Shown: positions 1 through 12,585 of the stretch, in pieces
How positions within the stretch are numbered: position 1 is the stretch's first letter
How the letters are laid out: each line of letters starts with the position of its first letter
DNA from: Eledone cirrhosa
Taxonomy: Eukaryota
Length of the DNA: 64,000 bases
Direction of reading: 5' to 3'
NCBI GenBank assembly: GCA_964016885.1
Contig: OZ024746.1
Location: 18,414,001 to 18,478,000, forward strand
Made by a program: the position numbers and the translations under genes
Notes under the pieces: generated by a model
Database searches by the model: none
Seen by the model: only the letters and a program-made list of their open reading frames with translations
Told to the model about the DNA's origin: nothing

Positions 1-261
1 TTATTCAGTAACTCCATATGTAGTTTTATGATCGTTAAAGGCACCAATAAATTTGTTCTTTTCTATACCATGGTTCTGAGACAGTCATAGCTCTTCAATG
101 TTACCTACAGTTAAGTTGCTCAGTAAGGATCTGGCAGCCAAATGCTTGGTTAATAACATGGTCTTTAATTCCTCAGTTTCATTCATTCTTCTATGCATTC
201 TCTTCCTTAATGTGCTTCATCTGTGAGAGGAAAAGTTAGGGATATTTGCACAGATAGGGAA

Positions 262-392
262 TATATTTCTTGACTTATACACAAGTATATATGGTACTTC
301 ACCATTAGGTGCAGATTTGTTTGTCATATTTCTCGGCTTATACTCAAGTATATAGGGTACTTCACTAATAAGCACAATTGCAGATATATGTG
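262..392 (+). repeat. Two ~63-bp tandem units containing a Tc1/pogo-like terminal sequence
   Basis: Degenerate GACTTATACTCRAGTATATAYGGTA at 268-298 and 331-360; a similar motif at ~15836. Confidence 0.5.
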
Positions 393-1148
393 TGATAATC
401 ACTTAGAGTTGAGGCCTCTGAATATATGAACTAATCTATCAAATAATTCAAAAGCTAGGGACCCAATCCAATGTTGGATAATATTACAATTAAAATTGTA
501 AATATTTTACTTGCTAAATATTTATTCTTACTTGTATAAATTTTATCTTTTCAATATTGCCAATCAAGATTCATGGTTTGTCTTCTTTCTGTTTGATAGT
601 TTTATATATTATGAAACAAGTTACCCAACGAATATGTTTATGAAGTTAGACAGATAGGCCATTTTGTTTGTTTTCAGTGTTAGTAATTGTTAATGTCAAA
701 GTTGTCTTCTTCTCCCACTTATTCCCGAGATCCTAGGAGGGTTGTGGAGGAAGAGTCCTCAAACACTCCTTTTGATCCAGTTGAATCCCCTAATGAAACC
801 AGCCAAGCTCAATGATGTTATCCAACCATCTTGCTTGAGGTCTATCCCTGGGTCCCCTGCTGTTTGGTTTTGCCCTTAAAATTTATCAGCTATTCTTTCC
901 TGAGACATTCTTATCACATATCCATATTATCGAAACTGTGATCTGTCAATTCAGAGAAGTAGCAGCTCTCTGAGTTATGCACACTCCAAAAACCCTTTGT
1001 AGGAATGCCATTTTGGCTGCTTATAATCGCGATTGTATTCTTTCGTCATTACCAAAATTCGTGACCATATGTAAGGGTTGGCACGAATACTGAATTTCAA
1101 AGTCATTTAATATCTTCTTATCATTGATTGAATTGTTTTGTTTTCCAG

Positions 1149-2381
1149 TGGTTCTGGGATGTTCTTGAAGATATTACTGTACCAGAACGTATCATGCTGC
1201 TACAATTTGTAACTGGCAGGTTTGTTCCACCCCCACTTCTACCTACTTCATATTTCGTTGTTTCTGATCAAAATACTTTGAAATATTTAGTTATGTTCTG
1301 AAATAAAATTTGCCTGTGCAAACTTTACAAAAAATGCTGAGGAGAGAGCAAATTTATTTGGCAACTGCGAGCATCAGAGATGCCTTGTGGTATTTATCCC
1401 ACCAAGATCAACTTTGCCTGTCATCTTTCAGAGGATCAATAAAATAAAGTACCAGTCAACCAATGGAGGTTAATTGCACTGTATAGATGTAGAGTAACCT
1501 CTTACAGTATCTTTTAAGTCAACTACTTCCACTTTATCACAATTGAACAATGTTGTTGAGGCTCTGGCAGCAAAGTTTGTCACATGACTATCATAAAATA
1601 CTATTTTAACTAATTGTGTAATTTGTGTATTCACTTCGTCTTTCTTTATTTTAGTTTTGTATATTCTTTACATTATATCTATTCACCTCATGTTATTTTA
1701 GTTCTCGTGTACCATACGGAGGATTTGCTAATCTAAATGGTGTCGGAACCACTCAGAAGTTTTCTGTAAATCATATGCCTTACACTCCTGGATGCTTACC
1801 AACTGCCAGCACCTGGTATGTAGTTTTTTTCCACACCCTTTTTCTGCTACATCATATCATAACTTAAATGATTATGGGGGTCTTACTTGGGAATAGACCA
1901 AAAATAGTGGTTGTGGTTGGCAAATGCAGTAGAGTGACTCTAGAATATATCATGATTTCTTGCCAACCCTTAACATGGATGATGATGATGTAGTCACAGA
2001 AAAGTATCAAATGATATGAAATCCAGTCTTGACCCTCTTCCACTCAATATGAACCAATAAACTAATTGCTTCATATTATTCAAAATGAATTCAGTCACTT
2101 TTAAATATAATCTTCTTGGTCCACTTATTCCTGAGAGAGTCATGGGGACAGAGTCCTCAAGGAGGTCCTGTCAGAAGCAACCGTCTTGCTCAGGGTCTCC
2201 TGCTGATTGGTTTTGCCTGTAAAATGTGCCTGTATTCTAAATGTAATTGTGTTTGAAAATATTTTTCCTCTATTCCAGTATCAATTTAATGCGCCTGCCT
2301 GAATATCCCACCTTAGAAGAGCTACAAGACAGACTCCTTGTTGCTATTCACTGTGGAAGCCAGGGATATGGAGTGGCGTAA
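1149..2381 (+). CDS. HACE1: HACE1 E3 ubiquitin ligase, last three coding exons (HECT C-lobe)
   Basis: Exons 1149-1219, 1702-1815 and 2279-2381, all GT-AG and phase-consistent. Translation: [95 protein letters not shown]. Contains the catalytic LPTASTC motif and the HACE1-type ending DRLLVAxHCGSxGY. The 5' part lies upstream of the window. Confidence 0.92.
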
Positions 2382-4166
2382 ATGCTAAAGAATGAATTTT
2401 TTAATTGTGGTCTATTCTTTATTCACATTTTAACTATAGTATACACAAAATATATCTCTAAGCAAACTAAACCGGTGCAAGTTTTACCATTCTTTCAGCT
2501 TTGAAGCAACTTAAATATTTTTTAAAGATGAAATCCTTTCTCAATCTTATTTGTTTTATATTTACCAAACAATTGTACTGCTTCTAGTTAGCTACAACTT
2601 CTCGTGCAGTATAATAATGCTGGCATAAGCTTATATATTTATAGTGAAGAGCAAAACATGGACAAATAGTCAGCAGTCAACAATGAGTAATAAAACAAAG
2701 TGTCCTTGGATGTTTGTTGTTCAAGAGATAAAATTGTCATACCACTCCTTAATCTATTCTGAACATATTGAAACCATTTATAAAAAATTATTTATTTAAG
2801 AATCGTAAATAAACAAATTATTTATAAAACAATTATAAAAAATGTTTTTGTTTTTGTTTTTTCCATTTTCTAGTTTTACAATAAAATATAAATGATATAG
2901 AGTTCAATCAACAATATCCCAGACCTCATTCACTTATTGAGTGGGGTGGAATTTATCAAATAGGACCTTGGAAACAATGTTTCCATTCCTGATACTATTG
3001 GGGGGATCTTAACAGATATGGAATGGTAACAAACTTGCACAGTACAATTTATAACATCTTGCTACATTCAAGTCTGAGGATAATTTCCTCCCACTAGTTT
3101 CAAACTCCTCATCTAAGCAATAAACAAAATATTTGCAAGTGGCCAAAATCATAGATCAACAGTACACGTTTTGTTGAAGTGGGTGTTTAAAATACCATTC
3201 AAACAATTTAATGAGCACTCAATACATGTAAGCAGTGTATAAAATTTATTTCTTGACATATATGGTATACAGTTTTTAGCTTTATAAAACTTCTATAGAT
3301 TACATATTCATTCAATATTTAGTTTTAGGCATAAAACAAAGTTTTACTATAAGACCTTGAAGCCTTTAATAATCATGGAAGACCAAATAAATGTACAATT
3401 TACAACTGGATGAGAAAGCATATAATTTGCTGTATGATCATTCATAATTATGAATTTGTCTTGTTTACTCATTAATGAGTCAAATATAGTTATATACATG
3501 TGTATGTATTTACATAATTTACATTGGTAAACAAAATATTTTCAAGAATCGCTACAGGCATATGAAAAGAAGCTTTCAGCAAAAATAAACCCAAATTCAG
3601 ACCAAAAATAAGAATGCTGATACAGCATCTAAATACAAGGGCTGGCTGAAAAATCCATAGGCTGACTATGAATGAGTGATGCTAGAGCTGTGAAATTTTG
3701 GGTACATTAATTTCAACTCTTCTTTCTAGGAATTATGTTAAGAAATAGACCTCATTTGGTCAGCCTACCCTCGTAGTTATGAATAAAATGAATGCTAGAA
3801 TCTCTTATAAGGGTAAATTAGTGAGTAAATGGAATTAATAAGCCCAATTAATATAATTAAAATAAATAAAACATTTTAAAAAGCCAAGACTAGCAGTCAT
3901 TCACTAGAATTTTATCTAAAACGTCATACACCAACTCTTTTTACCTGAAGTCCTATCAATAAAAATTGGTAATCAGTAATGTTAGCAACACTTAAATTCT
4001 ACACAGATGATTTAACAAAAAGTAAAAATATTTTTATACAAACATAATTATAAACCTAAAAGATAAAGTTATAGCAACAAATGTGAACGTTAAAGCCCCC
4101 ATTTATTTATTTTGGGATTTTAAAAAAAGTGTTTTTTTTTCCAAATAACGGTACATGCATTTACAT

Positions 4167-7100
4167 CTACCAGCCAAAAACATATTCCATGGCTTTAGAG
4201 AAAAAATCATTGCTCTTCTGTGGAATTTGTGCCGTCTGGAACACCTAAATAGAAAAATCAAATTCATCACATGAGATTTGGCAATATTTCAATAAATTAA
4301 AGAAAATGTTTAATAAATTAATCAAGAAAAAACATGATCTTCAAATGAAAAACAATTTCCATTAAACACATTTAAACAGAGTTTAACTCATGCAAGTTTA
4401 GAAAATAGTGATGACGATGGTGACTGAATTTTATTGTCAACATCCTCAGTAGTATACTAGTAAGTATAGCCTGTCACGCGGAAGGCCAGGGTTCAATTCC
4501 CCAGCTAGAGTGACTCTTCATTTAATGGTTGGAACAAGAGTTTGACATAAATCTCAGAAATTTGCTCTTATATACAACACTACCTGCTTTAATCTAGCAA
4601 ACACTCAACAGTATTCATTTCAGCTCTCTAAATTCAAATTCTGCAGAGGTGAATTTTGCTTTTCATAAAAAAAGAAATACCAGTCCAGGGTTGATTCTTC
4701 CTTTATATCTTTTTCTCACTTTCTATCCCTCTCTGAAAGAAATCTGCTGTATTCAGACCTGGAGAGGAGATGGGTTCTGCCCAAGAAATTCCCCTACCAT
4801 ACATACATACATATTTTTTATAGATTATATTCTATAAATAATTGGCTTCTTCTGAAAGTTATAAGGTTTTGTATTATTTTTAGCAATGAAATGTGAGCTT
4901 GTGATATTCATGCCCTTCCCATAGATATTTCTAAATTTAGTAGACAATGCCCAAGGAAATATAGATGACTACCAGTTATATCAATGGCACCCCATCAGAT
5001 CAACAGAACAGCCTGCTCATGAAATTAACATGCAAGTGGCTGAGCATTCTACAGACATGCAGATCTCAGGGATATTCAGCATGACACAAAATGTGACAAA
5101 ACTGACCCTTTGAATTACAGGTATAACCCATTTTTGCCAGTTGAGCAGACTGGAGCAATGTGAAATAAAGTGTATTGCTCAAGGACACAACTTGATGCTA
5201 GGAATTGAACTCACGCCTTTATGATCGTGAGCTGAATACCCTACCCACTAAGACGTGTCTATATAAATCTGTTATAAATATCATGTGTACCACAATAGTT
5301 GATTTCTAGGTATCTGCAGGTTGGTTTTTGTCCTCTCATTGATTTCTAGTGTAGAAATAAGTCAATTAGACAACACAGTGATGGTATTATACTTTAAATA
5401 AAATTAAACAAACTTAAGGATAGAAAATAAGTTACCTCACTATCATTCAATGGTCTTTTTTGCAAAGACTTTGGTGTATTAATTGGTCTTACACCAACTG
5501 AAAACGAGTTAGGAGTTCCAGATACGTTGGGTAATAAAGAATGGGCATGGATCTTGGAAGACATCGGTGTGGAATGGTAAACAGTAGAAGGTCTTGACAG
5601 AATATTACTGGCATGTACATTTTCTTTGTTAGACTCCATTAGATTCTGTGAGAAAAATAAATATGAGAGTGACTAGTGCAAAACAAATTAATCATAATTC
5701 CCCTTCTACATTTATTATGCATGTGTCATGTCAATGTACGTGAACGACCAAGCATGGATGAGTTGAAAGAGAAACTGTGTTTAAGAGGGATAAGTTGTAG
5801 TGTGCGGGAGAGAAGACTGCGATGGTATGGACATGTGATGTGCATGGAGGATGACCGCTGGGTAAAGAAATGCCAGTAGAAGGAAGACACAGTAGAGGAA
5901 GACCACAAAAAACATGGGTAGAGGTGGTGAGAGCAGACCTCAGATTGCTGTGCTGAATAGGACCCGTCCCACCCTTGCAAGCAGGGAAAAGCGGACGTAT
6001 GATGATGATGACTATACTTAACCAGGATGCAGACCCCTCAGCCTGTCTGGGAGGTCAGTAACCCTGCTTCAGTACTGACTTGGTCTATGTAGACCCATTT
6101 AACCTTTGTTAACAGGGAAAGCAGATATTACATGAAGATGTTAAAATATTTTCAGTGCAATAATTTTTACTTATTTATAAAAATGAAATTATTTTTTCTC
6201 TATATATTTTTCAATGCTTGCATGAACTTGATGATTCTGCAAGATTCGCCTGCAATATTTGCTTTTCATATACCAATTATAGAGTCACATAGAAACATCC
6301 TACACAGGACATGGTATGAATGAGGAACTTTGCAAAAGAATCCCCCAGCATGTGAGTCACTTTGAAGATCTGCTGTTGAGATGGTTTGGGCATGTGATAA
6401 GATCAGACGGACTCTCTAAGATGATTTTCTAAGGAACAGTGTAGGAGAAGAGAAGGCAGTAGACTGATAACATAGCTGAGTGGTTGGGAAAGAACCTTAC
6501 CACAACCGAAGCATATGCCCATGACTGACAGAGATGGAGGCAGTTAGTGCAGTGTTTGGCACTGAAGTGACCCAATGACCCTGAAAGGGGTTAGAGGACC
6601 ATGATAATGATAGTGATAGAAACAATGTTTTTAGACTAGGAGAAGCTTACCTTGTCAATACAAGGTGTGACTCCCAACATTATACTATCTCCAAATATTT
6701 TTCCATTTTTACTGAGGGCCTTTTTAGCTTGTAATTTTGATTGATATTGAATATGCATCCAGTTGCCATCTGAAGATATCTGAAAGAAAAACAAGAAATA
6801 AAGCCAAACATTTAGAAATCTATACCAGATGTGAAAATACTAAAACATCTTATGTCTGTACCGTCAGCCCCTAAAAAGTTTTAAACCTTAGCAATGATAA
6901 AAAATGACAATGTTAAATAAAAATAGAGCAAAAAATACATGTCTCAGAATGATTAGGCTGAAGTGTCAAAATCAAAATTAGTGCCACAGTAGAAAAATAA
7001 ACATTACAGAATATAAAGAAAGCCAGAATGTACAGCAACCAACTTGATGTGACTATAATAATAATAATGAAATTATTGTGTACAGTGCTCAGGTGCACTA

Positions 7101-10100
7101 CAACTCATCAAAGGTGCATGTATAGTACATAGAATAATGTACAAACGTCAGGAAAATAAACAGTGTATGAGTCATGATATAATAACAATAACAATAATGA
7201 AATATTGTGGACAGTGCCCAGGTGCACCACAACCCATCAAAAAAAGTGCATGTACAGTACATAGGGCAATGCACAAACATCAGTAAAATGAACAGTGCAC
7301 ACATGTGTGCATGTGTATGGAAGGGGCACATCAGGTGTAGTTTTGGCGTATTTCGGGAAGCATGAGTGTCTTAAAGGACTATAACAGGGTTCCCCAATCT
7401 ATTTCAAACACGGAACACTTTTTGGTTCAGAAACTTTTGGGAGAACCCCAAAGTCTAATACTGTTATATGGTCGTAATATAAATATACTCCTCTACCTTT
7501 TTCATGGGAACCACTGGACTAGAACAACCAAAATAGAGACACTAGTCTGAATATATCAGTATATAATAATGTCAATTTCTGAGAAACCCATACAATAATA
7601 TACTGAAGTTATCTAAGATCTGGGTTATAAAAATATCTCAATGACACAAAAGGGAGTAGAATACATACCACATGTTGTAAAATATTTCCATATTGTGAGA
7701 ACTGATCAAGAATGTAAGAAGCAGCAGCTGAATTGAAACTGCAGAGATAACAAAAATGAAATTCATTCTAAATAATATATAGTAAGACACCAACAAACAA
7801 GTGTATGATAAAGTTAAATCTGTATAATTACACATATCTAATATGTAGGTATGTAAACATGACAGATAGATGTGGTTGATACACATGTCTTCTGATGAGA
7901 GTCCAATAAGATCTGAAAATCAATTAAAGATGTTTATCATTTTTTTCAATTTACAGGGAGATTCGTATTTTGTGGCATGTTTACATGCCTACATATTAGA
8001 TATGTGTATGGATGCAAATGGAAACAAAAAATCAAGCTAAAGACTTACCCAAAAATAGTAACCCAGGTTTCATCAAGCTGATCAGTAACTAATAAAGATT
8101 CTCTGAATGAAAAAAAGCAAATAAAATATTTTATTCATTTATAATATAAGTTTGCAAAACAATTCAGCACCAACACTGCTGCCATTCTCTCTCTCATACA
8201 CACACACTTTCTTACCATCCCACTGTGACAGATGGTTTAGACATATGTTCTCTCTCTCTCTTCTTGAGCCATCCCTCTTTCGAAGGTCAAAGCATTCATT
8301 TTGTTTTTTCTAATGGTTAGAATATATGTGGCTTGCCAGATCTGCATTACTATATTAGACTCTTGCTGGAAGACCAAAATACAAAATCTTTCCGATTAAA
8401 ACAGAGGCGCTTAATTCAGCATATATCTGTCTAACTTTCAACTAAAAACAATTTGAAAGATACTATAGTCAGGTGCCATTCACATCTGCCTTTCAACTCT
8501 TTGTGTGTGTGTGTGTGTGTGTTTATACAGAGTGGAAAATAGGCAATAAGAGGAGTGAAATAAGATTAAACATAAATGCTGTGTAATGAACATAACTATA
8601 TGCCTACCCTTGAGTATAGAAGGGATCCATTTGTGTTGGAGATGTGTGTACTTTAGAAACCTGTTGGAAACTTTGGTTAATATTAGAAACATTTAGTGCA
8701 CTTGAATTTGACATTGGGGATCCACCTGGAAATAAAAATAAAAAGTAAATAGTTTATATATATATATATATATAGTAAAATATCGGTGGATGGTCAAAAT
8801 TAGACTCTGAAATCTTAGGTAGTGCTTTTGTTCCATGTATGAACATTAATATAATACACACACACATATAAATATATATATATTAGAGTCGGAGCCCGAC
8901 AGCTGAACCCTTGCCATTTTGACAGCAAAACATCATTTAATGTATGTTTACTCTGCTAGCAAGTGTTGGATGAGTTATCACAGTCAATACTCAAGCAGAT
9001 CTACCGAACTCTCAGATGAGCAGAATGTATCTTGTCCCCTCCACTCTCATCTTACACCCATACTTCTATCACTACCTCCCCAGACTGACAAGGGAAACAA
9101 AAACCCCTTAGTACAGTTATAAGCTAGTGTCGGTGTCACAATAAAATGCATCCAGTCCACACTATAAAGTGGTAGTGCTGGCACCACAATGAAAAGCATC
9201 CAGTCCACCCTGTAAGGTGGTAGTGCTGGAGTCACAATAAATTGCTTCTAGTCCTTGAGTAAGACATTATTTTACATTACTTCAGTTTACTCAGCTGCAG
9301 AAATCAGTGGTGCCAAGCTGTATCAACCTTTACCTTTAGCTTCAACAACATTGGTCTTATGCCTTGGAGGGAACATTCGTGATTCTTTACTCTTTATATA
9401 TGTATACACATACATTCATTTACATATATATACATACACACAAGAGAAAACAGACATGAAATGAAGATGATACATTTATATGTATATACATAGAGCTTGG
9501 GGAATTCACATGTATGAATAATCAAATTTGCTCTTACCAATTAGCATCATTTCTATTTCTGAGGCAGGCCTTGGTACTGCCGGAGATGCGTGTTGTTGAG
9601 TGAAAGAAGAGTATGGAGTCTAAAAATGAAGAGGTCCATCAGAAATTGTCAACATTTTGTCAATAAGAGAAAGAAGATGTGAGATTAGAAATGTTAGTTG
9701 ACAACCTAATCTAGATTATTCTAATTATACTTTTAATTTCTTGAAATTTAAACTTCAAACAAACAACAGATTTTAAGGGTCAGTCCATCTCAGGGTGGAG
9801 ACATTGTACATGATGACGGTGAAGGAGGTGAGTTGGAACAGTTACTCCATCTTGTGGGGCTCACACATGCAGATACTTATTAGTCTGCTGTGCATCAATA
9901 GAGTTAACAGAAACAATTTATTTGTATGAAGACTTTTACCTAAATCACTTTTTAGATCTTATCTGTGAGTGAAGTATTTTTTGAAGTACCTGTCTAGATT
10001 TTCAGAAGGCAAAAACTTGGGGAGTTTTATTTCAGTGTGAATTCATGATTTTGGGGGAATAAATTAAATCTAATTAAATTGTGTTAATTGATGTCTATTT

Positions 10101-12016
10101 TTTTACATTAGCATGGGTTAGACAAATCAAATCAGATGACCATGTTTCTGGCTTGGTTTCTACAGCTGAATGCCTTTCTTAACACCAGCCCTGTTTACAG
10201 TATGGGCTGGGTGCTTTTTATCATGTCACCAACATGACCACTTTAGAAGGTGGACACAGTAAAATATAAAATAGCTAAAGTACTGAAAATTAATGATTGC
10301 CATTTTTTTTTTAAATACTAGACACATGTAAAGTGAAGAATAAAAAATATCAAATGTTTAACTAAAGAAATTATATTATTATCTTGTAAAGACTAGATAT
10401 CAGTGTATTATAAGTTTATATTACACAATAATTACATTAACCTATCAAATTATTTGGAAGATGTTTTCATTTAAGTGTACATCAAATGAAAGTTGTTTCA
10501 TCAACTTACATGACGGAAAGAAGTTTCTACCATAGATGAAGATATTGAAGTTTCAAACAAGCTTTGCACAGGTGGGGCTGCACTGCGATCTTTACTGCGA
10601 AGGATCTCACTTCTAAAAAACAAACATTTCATTTTACCTTTAGCAAGAGTTTAAAAATAATAAAAGAAAACAATAATATGTAAAGATACTATACATATTT
10701 GAATTAACAAACCCAATTTTAGATATCTTCTACAAAATCATTACAGGATGCTAAAAGTTAAATTATACAAATCTATCTTAAACTAATACTTTGAAATATA
10801 GTTGTACAAAGAAAACATGATATACATTTTCTAAATCTGTTTTCCTGATATTTTTCAACCCTTCAATAAATAAATTAGATGCCAAATATAAAATATTATC
10901 ATCAGCTGTATGTTCAATTTTTTTTCCTATTTGCACAGATTGGAAGCATCTCCATTATTTCACATATTTATTACCACAGCAGGAACTTTCTGTAACAACA
11001 CTTATTCACCAAGTGAGCACTAGCCATTTGCACTACATCATGCCAAGCTTCTGCCTGCTACAGGCACCATGTAATCCAATACAACCTGCTTTATGGTCGA
11101 ATGGTCGGTGGTTAAACCGGCTCCTTCACCAGACCTGAAAGTGAATCCCCAGCAGCACAAAAAAAAAATGTAAAAAGCAACTGTAAAAAGTGCAAATGAA
11201 CTCCTCAGAATCAACAGCCACCCACCCCAACTATGGGTAAATAGCCTAACTAACCCGCAATTGGCCAAGTTTAGTGAGTATTGTTATACCCCTGACATGA
11301 CCAAAATCAAACAGAAAGCAGGGTTCCTTCAACAGGAGTGAGAAGGCCCTGGATTGGTCCAAACCAAACAATGTAATTTCTTCAATGCCTTAATATCCAG
11401 TTGCCTTTTCAATTACTTTACACTAAAAAATACTCATACGTTAACAGAGTAAGTATAATAGATGAAAAATATCAAATAACCGAAACACTAACCTTGAGGG
11501 TGGAGTCGTTACCATGCTGGATTGTGGAGACACTTTAGTTCCTTGCTGATGTCTAGCAGAGGCAGGTGTTGTCTGAACATGGCCTGAAGCCCAACGAAGT
11601 GGTGTTTGCTAAAAGATATAAAATTTATATGATTTTAAATACAACAGTCAAGCTTAAAATATTGGTTTCTGATTCTATCAGAAGATCCAGACATGAGGTT
11701 GGGCTGAAAAGTTCATAGGCTGATTATGGAGGAGTGATGCTAGAGCTGTGAAATCTTGCATGCATTAATTTAAACTCTTTTTATCAATAACTGCATTGTT
11801 ACTTTCCAGGGACTACGTTGAAAAATAAACCTCATTTGGTCATTCCATGAGAGTATCTTGGTCAACCTATGAACTTTTCAGCCAAATCTTGTATTTCAAG
11901 ATTAAGAGAAATGCTCTTACTATTTTGCCATGTGGCGTAATATCTCCCAACATATAACCAGGTAAATATTGGTTAGGAGGTGTGTGGATATTTGTAGAAG
12001 CAGCACTGGATGTCAT
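4167..12016 (-). CDS. NUP35: Nucleoporin NUP35/Nup53 (RRM domain), complete, 351 aa
   Basis: Ten phase-consistent exons: 12016-11921, 11608-11493, 10612-10510, 9619-9538, 8725-8608, 8102-8049, 7738-7669, 6779-6651, 5645-5436, 4244-4167. Motifs [84 protein letters not shown] and C-terminal [10 protein letters not shown]. Confidence 0.95.
4443..4510 (+). pseudogene. tRNA-Asp(GTC) pseudogene or tRNA-derived SINE head
   Basis: TCCTCAGTAGTATACTAGTAAGTATAGCCTGTCACGCGGAAGGCCAGGGTTCAATTCCCC follows eukaryotic tRNA-Asp (anticodon loop CTGTCAC, B box GGTTCAATTCC). The 5' anticodon stem has a deletion and the acceptor stem is broken. Lies antisense in the last NUP35 intron. Confidence 0.7.
5715..6012 (+). 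mobile_element. RTE/RTE-X LINE 3' fragment
   Basis: [21 protein letters not shown]...RGRP..TW plus a (GAT)n tail. Related fragments at 46850-47136 (-), 48605-48950 (+) and 38440-38670 (+). Confidence 0.8.
7050..7380 (-). repeat. Tandemly duplicated ~130-bp unit, probably a CR1/L2-like LINE 3' end
   Basis: 7060-7190 and 7190-7300 are diverged copies, each with an (AAT)n tract. Confidence 0.5.
7385..7517. mobile_element. hAT-type MITE relic
   Basis: Ends CAGGGTTCCCCAA ... TGGGAACCACTG, typical of hAT/Charlie termini. Confidence 0.5.
7829..8008. repeat. 33-bp inverted repeat enclosing a hammerhead-like core (Penelope-like relic)
   Basis: Arms 7829-7861 and 7976-8008 with 1 mismatch. CTGATGA (7892) ... 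GAAA (7915) lies between them. Confidence 0.65.
11691..11893. mobile_element. Tc1/mariner-type MITE
   Basis: Terminal inverted repeats GGCTGAAAAGTTCATAGGCTGA / TCAACCTATGAACTTTTCAGCC, ending in TA. Related copies at 3633-3775, 17703-17881 and 49471-49652. Confidence 0.75.
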
Positions 12017-12164
12017 TCTCTAAAGACAGAATGTGTCAGCAGCTATGCAAAATAGAAAATAAAAAAAAAAAGTCTATTAATAAAGATATGTTCTTATTAA
12101 ATTATTACAATTAAAAATACAGTTCGAAGCTTTAAATTTTTTTTTTTTTTTTGAGTTTATACAG

Positions 12165-12585
12165 TCACTTCTTCACCCAGTTATTTACAGGAGTGACGAG
12201 GTGACAGAGTCCTGAAGTACTCCTTCCAGCATGTCTTGTCAGAAGCAATTGTCTCCAATTGATCTGGTTGGATTCCCAAGTGGGACTTGACGAGCTCATG
12301 GGTGTCATCCAACCATCTTGCTCGGGGTCTGCTCCTGAATCTCCTTTTGGTTAGTTTTTGCTTGTAAAACCTGCCCAGTGATTCTTTCACAAGACCTAAC
12401 CACATGCTCGTAATATTGGAGCTATGACTTCTCAATTTGGAGAAGTAGCAGCTCTACCTGGAGAGACTCTTTCATCTTCAAGCTATGCACTTTATACAGT
12501 AATGTTACTCCAAAGGCCCTTTGGAAAAAAAACCTTCCGGCCACTTGTCTTTGCAATCATATTCTTTCATTCATTACCCAAGATT
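12165..12585 (-). mobile_element. Degenerate RTE-like LINE 3' fragment
   Basis: Minus strand reads RSRPRARWLDD...IASDKTCWK. Related copies at 710-1090, 2110-2235 (-) and 6250-6610 (+). Confidence 0.6.

Noticed and set aside
4443-4510. Functional tRNA-Asp
   Set aside because: The anticodon and acceptor stems are disrupted.
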